Shown in pieces: positions 18,338-27,499 of a DNA stretch of 64,000 nucleotides. The notes under the pieces were generated by a model. The model had not been told where the DNA came from, did not search any database, and saw only the letters and a program-made list of their open reading frames with translations. The stretch's first letter is position 1, and every line of letters begins with the position of its first letter. The stretch lies in IMG/VR virus record IMGVR_UViG_3300035698_011044, positions 23,554-87,553 of that record. One strand, 5' to 3'. The DNA is from a virus. The translations under genes and the position numbers were made by a program.

Positions 18338-18544
18338 TTAAGTTATACGCTCCACAACATTTTTTGTAGAGTCTGGGGGCTGCTCCATGCGCCTAAGCTC
18401 TTTCCTTGCATCGGCAAGCCTTTTAGCCTGTCTCGACTCTGCCTTCTCCCATAACTCCAGACATCTATCACAGACCACGTTTAGCTTTTGGCCTGTAGTT
18501 ATCTGCATTTGGAATTTTCCGCAGATTATGCAGTTGTATGTCAT
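18338..18544 (-). CDS. small zinc-finger-like protein
   Basis: CIICG...CDRC; starts right after the 109-bp repeat. Confidence 0.55.
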   Translation of the reverse strand: MTYNCIICGKFQMQITTGQKLNVVCDRCLELWEKAESRQAKRLADARKELRRMEQPPDSTKNVVERIT

Positions 18545-18547
18545 CCT

Positions 18548-18656
18548 CTATTCCTCTCTACTAATTTATTAATTATTAGTACCTGTTAATTATCAATGGG
18601 TTACAGTCATGTTTTGCTTATGCATGCAGTTTGGTACTACTCCTCTTTATGGTCTA
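18548..18656. repeat. 109-bp dispersed direct repeat, copy 1
   Basis: 98/109 identical to 31200..31308 by manual alignment; IHF consensus TATCAA-N4-TTA at 18591-18603. Confidence 0.92.
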
Positions 18657-18795
18657 CAGAAACACACTTTACTATCTCAAATTGCGAATCAGATCCGATA
18701 TAACCACATCGTACGGCTTCACCTGTACATTCATGTAATTCCCGATGCCTACACTCTGGCGGGCAATGCTTATTTTTCCCATTACATATCTTCAT
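18637..18795 (-). CDS. small Cys-rich protein (52 aa), not in ORF track
   Basis: MKICNGKNKHCPPECRHRELHECTG...VDHKEE; GGAGG upstream; ends inside the repeat. Confidence 0.55.
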   Translation of the reverse strand: MKICNGKNKHCPPECRHRELHECTGEAVRCGYIGSDSQFEIVKCVSVDHKEE

Positions 18796-18798
18796 CCT

Positions 18799-19089
18799 CT
18801 ACACCTCCGGTTTATCGGTTGACTTCTGACGGTCTCTATGTTTCTTTAATGCACCGATAGCTTGCTCAGGATACCTCAAGCACGCTTCCCTAAAAGAGAG
18901 CCCACACATATCAAGTTTATAAAACGGTTTCTCTTGGTTGGCATCTTCAAGAAGTCCATCTATCCGCATGGTTACCTTTTTTGTTTTCTGATTAATCACA
19001 AAATTAACTAATACCTTTTCTTCGGAGATGTTAAGTCCATTTACAATATCCACCACCATGTCTGTTAACTCTTCTGCCGACCTATCCAT
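18799..19089 (-). CDS. hypothetical protein
   Basis: ORF with AGGAG RBS, ends DKPEV. Confidence 0.55.
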   Translation of the reverse strand: MDRSAEELTDMVVDIVNGLNISEEKVLVNFVINQKTKKVTMRIDGLLEDANQEKPFYKLDMCGLSFREACLRYPEQAIGALKKHRDRQKSTDKPEV

Positions 19090-19449
19090 ATTTCACTCTC
19101 CTTTACCGGTTTACCATGAAACATTACCTACGATAAATTGTTTCTTGCATTCTTCGCACTGTATTATTTCTCCCCAATCCTCCCACCTCGCACACCCGCC
19201 AGGACATACGAAGACGGTTTTCCCGAGATCATCTTTTCTTCTGGCTTTTATGCGTCGCATTTCTGATTTGCATTTGGGACAGTTCATTTTTTAGCCTCCT
19301 TCTCCCATCTATGATAACCATAACAGGTATTACATCTGTCGATTTTTATACTTGATTTTCCATATCTACACGTCTCACAAATCTTATCAACGTCTTCCTT
19401 CTCCTCGACCTCCTCAGGTTTTTGTTTGGATGGGCGGGCACAAACTTCG

Positions 19450-19875
19450 TCATCTTCTAATATGACAGCCTTGTTTAACTATCGGTTGAGATTTTTCCAA
19501 GAACTCCATAGTTCTGAGAATATGTGGTCCGACTTTTTCCCAATCAACCATCGGCCTGCCATCCATCTCTTTTGACGCTATCATCGGACAACCAAAGGCA
19601 GCATCGTCGATATAGACATGGGCATAGGCTTTGGGAGAGCTTGTCCAGGAGTCCTGATCCGGATTGTGGTTAATGCCATACATCTTGATATCGCAATCCC
19701 GCAGATATCGGACAGCATCATCCAGCTCTCTCCCGCTCCGCATTGTGAAGAGGATGAGCTTTGCACCGGCCTCCTGGAACTTTCTCATGAAGTGAAGAGC
19801 GAAGGGAACGTCTTTCCCGATCTTTGGGTATTTGTGCTCTACGATGGTTCCGTCAAAATCAATTGCAATGTACAT
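19450..19875 (-). CDS. HAD-superfamily phosphatase
   Basis: IAIDFDGTIV (DxDxT), FTMR, K.YAHVYIDD. Confidence 0.85.
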   Translation of the reverse strand: MYIAIDFDGTIVEHKYPKIGKDVPFALHFMRKFQEAGAKLILFTMRSGRELDDAVRYLRDCDIKMYGINHNPDQDSWTSSPKAYAHVYIDDAAFGCPMIASKEMDGRPMVDWEKVGPHILRTMEFLEKSQPIVKQGCHIRR

Positions 19876-19960
19876 ATCTACTCCTCTTTAAAAGTTGCTG
19901 ACGGCAGTTTAGCCATTTTTTCCCAATTGTTGAGAGACCACCGCCAGCAGTGAATTTTAT

Positions 19961-20254
19961 TTACCGATATCGGTCTCTTTTCAAGTAGAGCATAAAAACA
20001 CCACCAGTATTGGCGGCACATATTATTACAGACACAATCGCAAATGGATTCCCGTCTAAAACCCCAGGAACATTTGCCGCTGTAGCCAATAAACAAATAA
20101 TAACAGATATCATAACACTCCTTCTTACATTATTGAGCCCAGTGAGCTCATCAGTGATCAGATAGTCGCCTGATTTTCCCTGCACCACGCAGAATTTCTG
20201 ATCTTTTTTTAGCTGTCTTGCCCTCAGCAATCTTGGTATCGACATAACTTTCAT
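19961..20254 (-). CDS. small membrane protein
   Basis: Two hydrophobic segments. Confidence 0.5.
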   Translation of the reverse strand: MKVMSIPRLLRARQLKKDQKFCVVQGKSGDYLITDELTGLNNVRRSVMISVIICLLATAANVPGVLDGNPFAIVSVIICAANTGGVFMLYLKRDRYR

Positions 20255-20347
20255 AGTATTCCCGTTCCCGTCTATTCCGTTTGAGGTTTGCGATATTGCA
20301 GGTAGTGGCTCCGATATTTAGAACCAGGATGCAGACTATTAGAAAGT

Positions 20348-20533
20348 TCATTTCCGGCTCTTAGACTCTTTGATTTTTGCACTAATAAAATCAGATCCTA
20401 CCACAAACCCCATGACCAGACACAGGGAACAAGCTACGCCAATAACGCCGATATACGACATTACAACATGCTCAGGTAACGGAAGGGCTCTATAGATTGT
20501 ATCGATTAAGGTTGTGTATACGGTATCCATCAA
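20348..20533 (-). CDS. small membrane protein
   Basis: One hydrophobic segment; coupled ORF. Confidence 0.45.
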   Translation of the reverse strand: MMDTVYTTLIDTIYRALPLPEHVVMSYIGVIGVACSLCLVMGFVVGSDFISAKIKESKSRK

Positions 20534-20609
20534 GATCTATTCCTTTCTTCTGTGATAGATGCTGCCACCAACGCAATCAAGATCAGTAGCAGCTTGAACA
20601 AAGCAATCA

Positions 20610-21380
20610 TTATCGTCCTGTGTACCGAAGAGGGTTTTCTTTATACTTCCAAGAATCATCACCATTCGTAACCTCAAGGGATCCCCAATGCTTCAGCACT
20701 TCGATACCACTGAGATACTCCTCCATGATTTTAAGCTGCGCATCCTGGATTATCTCATCAAACTCAAGGCATCTAAGCTTGAACGAGAGCGTAATATCTC
20801 CATCACCACCATCAGAATAATCAAATACCGGCTCCATTGGAATCTTTACGGTTTCCGGATGGAACTGCAGGAGTGGGACTGTAACGAAAATTACTTCAGG
20901 AAACTCAGCCGTCTCTTTGTTGTTTTTTCTCTGAACAGCATACTTGTAGTTTCCGTTGTCATCCTTCTGACGTTCAACGTCGGTGATCTTCTGCATTTTG
21001 AAATCACGAACTTTTGCAAGAAGCTGCTGCCCCTCGAAATCCAAATACTTTTTCATCTCACCCAAGAGATCCTCGAATTGAGAAATAGCGAATGCTTTCC
21101 CGATAAGATTTTCCACTCTTCCAGCCTGAACCGAAAGCTGAATCGCACATGTGGCGAGAGGTTTTGAATAACGGGTTGTGTTGCTGCTCATAGCATAGCA
21201 CTTCCGGTGATCATAAAAGATCTCAAACTTATCATCCTCAGGAGATGCTGCAAGATAGCCCTTGAAAGCCTCAAGTTTATCTGTCTTGAACGTGATTTGA
21301 GACTGATCTTTTAAAACATGAAAATCTCCACCAATAACTACTTTGCCATCTTTGGCAACAACATTAATCTTTGGTTCCAT
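20610..21380 (-). CDS. hypothetical protein, possibly DUF2303/YfdQ-like
   Basis: Size, pairing with a small upstream gene and loose resemblance; probable start at 21380. Confidence 0.45.
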   Translation of the reverse strand: MEPKINVVAKDGKVVIGGDFHVLKDQSQITFKTDKLEAFKGYLAASPEDDKFEIFYDHRKCYAMSSNTTRYSKPLATCAIQLSVQAGRVENLIGKAFAISQFEDLLGEMKKYLDFEGQQLLAKVRDFKMQKITDVERQKDDNGNYKYAVQRKNNKETAEFPEVIFVTVPLLQFHPETVKIPMEPVFDYSDGGDGDITLSFKLRCLEFDEIIQDAQLKIMEEYLSGIEVLKHWGSLEVTNGDDSWKYKENPLRYTGR

Positions 21381-21738
21381 TTTTTTCCTCAAACGGTATA
21401 GTGTTAAGAATTTTCCCAGACTCGTCCAAGAAACTGAGCTGGAGTATATCGACCATATCTTTTCCGTCCATAAGATGGATCCCCTCGTCATTTGTTTCGG
21501 AGATCATTGTTGGAGACTGTCTTTTTGGAGGTTTGATATACATGGTGTGCCTGTAGGTTGTAAACAGATCATCCTTACCCTGCCGAGGGTAAACAATAAG
21601 CTTCAGGCCAATCTCAGTAGGTTTTCCATGGTGTTCGGAAAGCTCCTGAGCCTCTATAAATAACGCCTGGAGTTCCTCGGAAAACTTCCCCTTCTGTAAT
21701 GCCATAATATGTAATGGCCGTTTTTTGTCGCTACTCAT
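21364..21738 (-). CDS. hypothetical phage protein (possible YfdP-like partner)
   Basis: GKPTEIGLKLIVYP pattern and position. Confidence 0.45.
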   Translation of the reverse strand: MSSDKKRPLHIMALQKGKFSEELQALFIEAQELSEHHGKPTEIGLKLIVYPRQGKDDLFTTYRHTMYIKPPKRQSPTMISETNDEGIHLMDGKDMVDILQLSFLDESGKILNTIPFEEKNGTKD

Positions 21739-22084
21739 TTTCGTCTACGCTTTCTGCTAACTCAAGAGCCTGCTGCTCACCGTCAACCGCTTTTGGTCGA
21801 GGGATCCCAGAGAGATTGAGCCGCTCATTGGTTTCGTATTTTCTGATTAACACATCTGCCCAGGATTCAAACATACTCTTCTGCATTCGCTGAACAAACT
21901 CAGCATCCTCAAGAGGAATCCCGTCCACAAGAATAACATCCTTAACCTGTACTCGATATCCTTTTAAGCCCTGAGTAACTGTTGGCAGTAGTCTGACAGG
22001 AACCCTGCACATATCTTCTGCTGCACGGATATAGTTTTGTGCCTCAGCAGATCTTACTCGGATATCATCTAAAATCTGTCCCAT
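21731..22084 (-). CDS. hypothetical protein
   Basis: GGAGG RBS, coupled ORF. Confidence 0.55.
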   Translation of the reverse strand: MGQILDDIRVRSAEAQNYIRAAEDMCRVPVRLLPTVTQGLKGYRVQVKDVILVDGIPLEDAEFVQRMQKSMFESWADVLIRKYETNERLNLSGIPRPKAVDGEQQALELAESVDENE

Positions 22085-22180
22085 CCTATCCTCCGTATAC
22101 CCTTTCGCATATCAGATGCCCCACAAATATGCCAGAACCTGTAGTCACAGCAAACATCAGCAGAGCAATCAATATATCTT

Positions 22181-22471
22181 TTACAAGTTGCATTTTTTAT
22201 GATTCTTCAGGAACATCAGATCCTTTACAAACGCGAGTAACCTTTCCACGTCCTCCGGAACCATCTTTTTTATCTTTCCGATCAGGATATTTTTTCTCTC
22301 GTCCAACTTTATCCCTGGAAATATTCTTCTTAGTCGCCTGGCCATAATGTCTGACGGATTTCTTATCCCCGTCTCGATCATTGACACATGCGCCTGTGAC
22401 ACTCTTAGTCGTTTCGCAAGCTCTGGTTGTGTCATCCCCGCATCCTCTCTCGCTTTTATTATTGCTTTCAT
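22181..22471 (-). CDS. XRE-family HTH transcriptional regulator
   Basis: IKAREDAGMTQPELAKRLRVSQAHVSMIETG.RNPS; probable leaderless ATG at 22471. Confidence 0.88.
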   Translation of the reverse strand: MKAIIKAREDAGMTQPELAKRLRVSQAHVSMIETGIRNPSDIMARRLRRIFPGIKLDERKNILIGKIKKMVPEDVERLLAFVKDLMFLKNHKKCNL

Positions 22472-23075
22472 ATTTGTTAATATAACATGTTTTGTTATAT
22501 TTGCCAACAGGTTCTTGTTCGTTAAAGTTAATTAATTTTTCTAGCATTCTCACAGTCTTCAGAAACACATCAAAGTCTCTCTGAAAGTCTTCTACAGAAT
22601 GCCACTCCCTAACACTGCAACATTTCGCCCATTCTTTCTGAGCGTGATTAAACTTATCCCGTCCAATCTTCACATCTCCCTGGAGATCAAGATTCATACC
22701 ATTTCCGAGAGATGCAAAAACCTTAAGATCCGGTTTGCCCTTAAACTCATCAGCCCATTCCTTTTTAATGCGAAGAGCAATCTGGTATCCCAGAGCTTTA
22801 TCTAAAACTCCTGAGAGACCGTTTGGTTTAATCGGATTGTAGATCCCGAAAGTCTGGTATAGAGTGTCTGGGACGTGCTCATATTTTAATCCCGCCAGCT
22901 CAACGCGCTCAATGCAAGCGAAGAGTACATCGTTGTGCCGAGGCAGAATGGTTACAGTTCCGTCTTTGTTCTTGGTTATTTTAGCCTGCCTCCATGCGTC
23001 CCCTGAGCTTCGCTTTTTACGGCGAGGCTTCGGGAACGCGCATCCGGAGGTGGCTTTTGGAGTTTCGTATCTCAT
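22197..23075 (-). CDS. possible VRR-NUC/PD-(D/E)XK nuclease; 3' end overlaps the HTH gene
   Basis: GKPDL...DVK.GRDK...QKEW pattern. Confidence 0.5.
   Translation of the reverse strand: MRYETPKATSGCAFPKPRRKKRSSGDAWRQAKITKNKDGTVTILPRHNDVLFACIERVELAGLKYEHVPDTLYQTFGIYNPIKPNGLSGVLDKALGYQIALRIKKEWADEFKGKPDLKVFASLGNGMNLDLQGDVKIGRDKFNHAQKEWAKCCSVREWHSVEDFQRDFDVFLKTVRMLEKLINFNEQEPVGKYNKTCYINKYESNNKSERGCGDDTTRACETTKSVTGACVNDRDGDKKSVRHYGQATKKNISRDKVGREKKYPDRKDKKDGSGGRGKVTRVCKGSDVPEES
22479..22507 (-). promoter_or_regulatory. promoter/operator of the HTH gene
   Basis: TTGGCA-17-TATATT, 7 nt before the ATG; perfect inverted repeat AATATAACA-N5-TGTTATATT at 22479-22501. Confidence 0.75.
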
Positions 23076-23078
23076 AGA

Positions 23079-23672
23079 TTAAAATTGGAGATCGCTTTCC
23101 TCAACCAATGGCGCAGACTGCTGTCCTTGAGGCTGCTGAAAAGCATTTTGCTGTGTAGCTGGTTGCTGTTGATAGTTCTGCTGCACCGGCTGTTGATATG
23201 ACTGGTTCTGGGGCTGATAGTTCTGCTGCTGTCCTTGAGGCTGCTGTTGATATTGCTGGGTCTGGTTGTAGTTCTGTTGCTGTGGAGCTTGGTTATACCC
23301 CTGCTGCTGATAGTTCTGTTGTCCCTGCTGCTGATTCTGGGGAGCTGGATCGAGGAACTGAAAGTCCTGCACATTCACCTCTGTGGAATATCTCTTGTTC
23401 CCATCTTTATCGTCCCAGCTACGATGAATAGTTTTTCCCTCAATGTAAACCTTAGAACCCTTCTTAAGGTACTGAGCAAAAACGTCTGCAGCTTTACCCC
23501 AGACTACAAGGTTGTGCCATTGGGTGTCAGTTTGTTTCTGTCCATTCGCATCAGTGTAGCTATCGGATGTTGCTATCGTTGCCGACACAACCGACTTACC
23601 ACTTTGCGTCTTACGCATCTCGGGATCTTTCCCAAGATTTCCTAAAAGTATTGCTTTGTTTACTCCTGCCAT
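23079..23672 (-). CDS. ssb: single-stranded DNA-binding protein
   Basis: VNKAILLGNLGKDPE, TQWH, YLKKGSKVYIEG, Q-rich linker, acidic DLQF tip. Confidence 0.95.
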   Translation of the reverse strand: MAGVNKAILLGNLGKDPEMRKTQSGKSVVSATIATSDSYTDANGQKQTDTQWHNLVVWGKAADVFAQYLKKGSKVYIEGKTIHRSWDDKDGNKRYSTEVNVQDFQFLDPAPQNQQQGQQNYQQQGYNQAPQQQNYNQTQQYQQQPQGQQQNYQPQNQSYQQPVQQNYQQQPATQQNAFQQPQGQQSAPLVEESDLQF

Positions 23673-23925
23673 ATTTCCTCCTGGTTAAAATTATTCAATA
23701 TCGTATTTTTTAATCGATGTAACAGGGACAACAAGACTACCTTTTATAGTCGCAACTTCACCATTATTTACCCTTCTTTGCAAGAGGAGAAAACCTCTCT
23801 AATAATCCGTGAGCAAAAATACGAAAGTGAAGCAGTTTTTTGCGTCCGCAAGGTCACTACAAGAGAAACCACTATAAAAGAGGGTTTTAATGCAGCACCT
23901 TGCTCGGATCTGTACTCATTCAAAG

Positions 23926-25188
23926 CTATCCCACCATTCCGCAATCTTTAAGCATGATACAATTCTGAGTTCCCCCAGCATTATCTCCGACAAATTCTAT
24001 CAGAAGCTGGAACCCGCGGGATGTGAGATCCTTGATAACTTCACGCTGATTGTCATTATCTAGAAGCTGAAAGTCCTGGAGGAAAATATACTTAAATTCC
24101 GACTTACTTTTCTCAGCCATGAGGACGGGTACAATCCTCAGAGCTTCCCCCGAGCTGAGGTGCTTCATGTATCTATCGTTGTAGAGGAGTTCTCCAGCCT
24201 CGTTGATAGAGAGTTCTGGGAATGGGAGATTCTGAGTCGCAAGATATTCTCCACGCACTACCTCGATCTCTTTCTGCTCGGCACGATTGCCAGCAAGAGC
24301 CTTTGTGGAAACTTCTTTGTCGGCTATAGATTTAATGTACGCCTGATAGAGATTGGCTTTATTATTAGTTTCGTTGATATTGAAAATTTTTGTTTCAATC
24401 ACTGAAATGTCAAGGCGAGGGTTTTGCTCTATCCAGGAATCGATCCCAGCAAGACGCTCTGTCCGGGCCACTATCTCCCCCCTCATTAACCGAATCTCTT
24501 CTTCCTTTTCGATAATGTATTTTCGATCTGAAACATTATCCTCTTCAAGAGATGCCTTAATGGCAAGTCTCTGGTCAACGCTCAGATTGAACTGATTAGC
24601 ACTTGCCAGCGCACCCATCAGCTCTCCCGCATTTGCCCCAACGACTTCCTCAACTGGATCCGGAACAACAATCTTATTGTCGTCACGCTTCAGGTTGGTG
24701 TGCGTCTCTTTAAGCTTCTGAAGACAAGCATCAAAGTCGTCGGTATCTATACCGAGAGATCCAGCCTGCTGCTTTGGAGTAAGTTCCAAAAATCTTCTAG
24801 GAGCAATGAGGTGAAGATTAAAAAGTCCGTTCAACCAGTCCTGGTCAAGAGTAACTCCCTCCGGACCGTCAATTTTAAGTGTTTGTTTACTCTTCGTAAA
24901 ATTGCGAGCAACTCGCACTTCCTGCCCAAGGTGATCTACTAATGATATTGAGATATTCGCAGAAGCTCCAGCCTTCCCAATATATTCATCCTTCGTGCCT
25001 GGGAGAGGAATTACCTCACCCTTCTTTACTGCAGCAATACCCTGGAGGGCTGCCCAAATAACATCGAGCCCAACAGTCGTCTTACCAGCACCATTTTTAC
25101 CAATGAGATATGTAACATTATTGCTGAAGCTTGCCTCAAACTCCATGAACCCAGCGAAGTTTGTGAGGTTGATTTTTTTGAGTTTCAT
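23926..25188 (-). CDS. SMC/Rad50-like ABC ATPase
   Basis: GKNGAGKT Walker A, coiled coil, LSSGE signature, IFLQD Walker B; probable start at 25188. Confidence 0.8.
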   Translation of the reverse strand: MKLKKINLTNFAGFMEFEASFSNNVTYLIGKNGAGKTTVGLDVIWAALQGIAAVKKGEVIPLPGTKDEYIGKAGASANISISLVDHLGQEVRVARNFTKSKQTLKIDGPEGVTLDQDWLNGLFNLHLIAPRRFLELTPKQQAGSLGIDTDDFDACLQKLKETHTNLKRDDNKIVVPDPVEEVVGANAGELMGALASANQFNLSVDQRLAIKASLEEDNVSDRKYIIEKEEEIRLMRGEIVARTERLAGIDSWIEQNPRLDISVIETKIFNINETNNKANLYQAYIKSIADKEVSTKALAGNRAEQKEIEVVRGEYLATQNLPFPELSINEAGELLYNDRYMKHLSSGEALRIVPVLMAEKSKSEFKYIFLQDFQLLDNDNQREVIKDLTSRGFQLLIEFVGDNAGGTQNCIMLKDCGMVG

Positions 25189-25213
25189 CCGTGTACCTAT
25201 TCCTTTGAATATA

Positions 25214-25266
25214 GTATAAGAAAACATGTTATATTTAAGATACTATTAATAACAGTTTGCGTTAAT
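25214..25266 (-). promoter_or_regulatory. promoter with two operator-like sites
   Basis: TTAACG-17-TATCTT; GTATAAGA-N5-TGTTATAT (25214-25234) and AATAACA-N5-CGTTAAT (25248-25266). Confidence 0.55.
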
Positions 25267-26164
25267 AGTTTTGTTGTATTAATTTTGAATAATCAATATT
25301 TCTGGAAAGGGCATATCCAATTCCCTCATAGGTATCATTGTATTCTACTGCGTCCATCTTGTCCATTTTTGCCGGTATCTTCTGGTCGCTATGTTGGAAT
25401 GTTACATTTCGTTTTGTGCGAGCAATTTCCCTCATGTCTTGAACAGAAGATCTAATTGACTCGGCACGAGCAAGACCGCCATGTTTAGGACTCAAAAATG
25501 CCATAACCTGCTTCCCCGCACGAGCCCTAATTGCGTCTTTGTAACTCATAGAATAATCTGACCACCCACAACCCAGGGATAAAATGTGGATCCGTTTGTC
25601 GTCCCAGCCCTGACGATTGATTTCTACCCATGCCTGACGGAGAGGAGAGTTTGCTCCGCCACATCCGCCATCCATCCAAACTTCTTTTTCGATAGGATCT
25701 ATCATCGAACCAAAAAATAGGGGAGCTGCGAAAGATCTACAGACCACTTCAGTGAGTGCAAGTTTTCCGTCCTTTGGCTCCCAGCTTTTAAAGTAGTGTG
25801 TCCGGCCAGATACAAGTCCAAAGGAAGTGCTCATGAACCTAGTGTCCATATCTTCCATCTGGAGGTGAGGCCCAATATTATCGTGCAAAAGGTTGGAGAC
25901 TTTTTTGCGATCGTACTTTGGGATCCTGAAGAATCTTTTTTTGAAAATGTCCGGCAAATTCTTCATTGCAAGATCGTGACTCGTGCCTGCTGTTATTCGG
26001 CCAGAAGCCATGAGAGCCCCGTTAATCGATCCGGCAGAGGTTCCAACTATAAGGTCGAAGATGTCACTGATCGACATTTTTACGCGCTGCTCTATCATTT
26101 TGAGCTGCATCGATTCTATTGGGAGTTTATCTCCTCCGCCTGCTAATACGAGTACACGTTTCAT
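25262..26164 (-). CDS. patatin-like phospholipase
   Basis: VLVLAGGG.K, GTSAG nucleophile elbow, SFAAP, DGG, LSLGCG; probable start at 26164. Confidence 0.88.
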   Translation of the reverse strand: MKRVLVLAGGGDKLPIESMQLKMIEQRVKMSISDIFDLIVGTSAGSINGALMASGRITAGTSHDLAMKNLPDIFKKRFFRIPKYDRKKVSNLLHDNIGPHLQMEDMDTRFMSTSFGLVSGRTHYFKSWEPKDGKLALTEVVCRSFAAPLFFGSMIDPIEKEVWMDGGCGGANSPLRQAWVEINRQGWDDKRIHILSLGCGWSDYSMSYKDAIRARAGKQVMAFLSPKHGGLARAESIRSSVQDMREIARTKRNVTFQHSDQKIPAKMDKMDAVEYNDTYEGIGYALSRNIDYSKLIQQNY

Positions 26165-26195
26165 AAGCCATTCCCATTTGGGTTGTATGTAAAGA

Positions 26196-26489
26196 CTAAA
26201 GCGTTTTTGCTTCCCATCTTTGAAACTCATTGTATTCATATGTGATCTTATTTAATTTTTCCTGAGCTTTCGAGACGTTAGATTGCAACACTTCTCTATA
26301 TCCAGCGATAGCCTCTTCAGAAGTTTTAAAATACCACAACCCTACATCTGACTTTGATATCTTCTTTAAATATCTATCCATTGTGGTGTTTTTCAGGGTT
26401 ATAGTATTCTTGGTCTCTTTTTCAATTAAAGTTTCACAGACTTTTATGTTCCCATCCCAAAACTTATGTACATAGTAAATTTTTTCCAT
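26196..26489 (-). CDS. hypothetical protein
   Basis: ORF on the coding strand. Confidence 0.55.
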   Translation of the reverse strand: MEKIYYVHKFWDGNIKVCETLIEKETKNTITLKNTTMDRYLKKISKSDVGLWYFKTSEEAIAGYREVLQSNVSKAQEKLNKITYEYNEFQRWEAKTL

Positions 26490-26662
26490 TATCCCATTCC
26501 TTAGTTAAAGTAACTGTTTACTCTTTACCAATATGCTTATCACTATTCCCACAGTAAGGGCATTTGTAATACGTTAAAATTTTGTCTCCGCAAGAGCTTT
26601 GGCCTTTTTTCCTAGACGGCTTATTGCATTTCGTACAGTTCATCAATTCTCCATTCTGTTTT

Positions 26663-27055
26663 TTAACAATCATGATCTACCATATCTATTAGTTCTGGAT
26701 TTTCAAACATATTCCCAGCAAGTTTTATCTCAGACATTAATCGGAGACAATCCGGCGTTTCGTAATTACCAATAAAGGATAATAGGTTGTATCCAATCAA
26801 TTCGTATGCGTCAACATGTATAGGCTTGAGAGCAATGAGAATATGACTTCCAAAATCACTATCAACAACAAGGTCGCCTTCGTATATTAAATTGCCGTTG
26901 CGGTCCAGGAGAGTCGTGCATTGCATCACATAGTAATCACTCGTGTCAGTTCCGCTTTCCAGGATAGCTTTTTGAAAGTCTTCGTGCTCCTGGAAGTTGT
27001 TAATTATTACCTTGTTCTTTTTGTCCCATGCTCGGAACCTGTATCGGTCGGTCAT
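26663..27055 (-). CDS. YopX family protein
   Basis: RFRAWDK, MQCT.L.D.NG.LIYEGD, GNMFENPEL. Confidence 0.85.
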   Translation of the reverse strand: MTDRYRFRAWDKKNKVIINNFQEHEDFQKAILESGTDTSDYYVMQCTTLLDRNGNLIYEGDLVVDSDFGSHILIALKPIHVDAYELIGYNLLSFIGNYETPDCLRLMSEIKLAGNMFENPELIDMVDHDC

Positions 27056-27279
27056 TATTCCTCCTCCACAAATCCATTTTCTAGTGCCCACTCGCGAAGG
27101 TATTCGTCTTCACAAACATCTTCGATTGATTGGTTTTTAGCCCAATCAAACAAGTCTTTTTCTGCAAACACTTCCTCAGGGCTAAGGGTTTCTTTAATCC
27201 AAGTTAGAGCCTCTTCCAAAAGGCTATCTCTATCAATTATAGAGTCCGTAAACCTCCTGCTTGATTCGTATGAGGCCAT
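27055..27279 (-). CDS. hypothetical acidic protein
   Basis: Repeated E(E/D)V...L.(D/E)WA unit; coupled ORF. Confidence 0.55.
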   Translation of the reverse strand: MASYESSRRFTDSIIDRDSLLEEALTWIKETLSPEEVFAEKDLFDWAKNQSIEDVCEDEYLREWALENGFVEEE

Positions 27280-27499
27280 AAGTTATTCCTTTTCTGCGCA
27301 GTAAATAGGTGTCCGCGCGGGTAGTTTAAGTTGTCTCCAAAAGTAATCTCTAAACTGTTGTATCATTCCTACTGTTACCCATTTTTTAGGAGCGAAGTAG
27401 AGACACCACTTCTCCACATCTCTCCGGCACTTAATTGACTCGATTAGGATGGAGTGTGTGAATCCATATCCCGGGTTATAGAACTCTACGAAGTAGCCA

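Noticed and set aside
23072-23374. Ser/Arg-rich ORF overlapping ssb, and similarly 34418..34774 within ERF
   Set aside because: Off-frame shadows of CAG-rich glutamine tracts.
23690-23925. Gene between the ATPase and ssb
   Set aside because: Frames are interrupted or lack a convincing start; could not support a CDS or RNA call.
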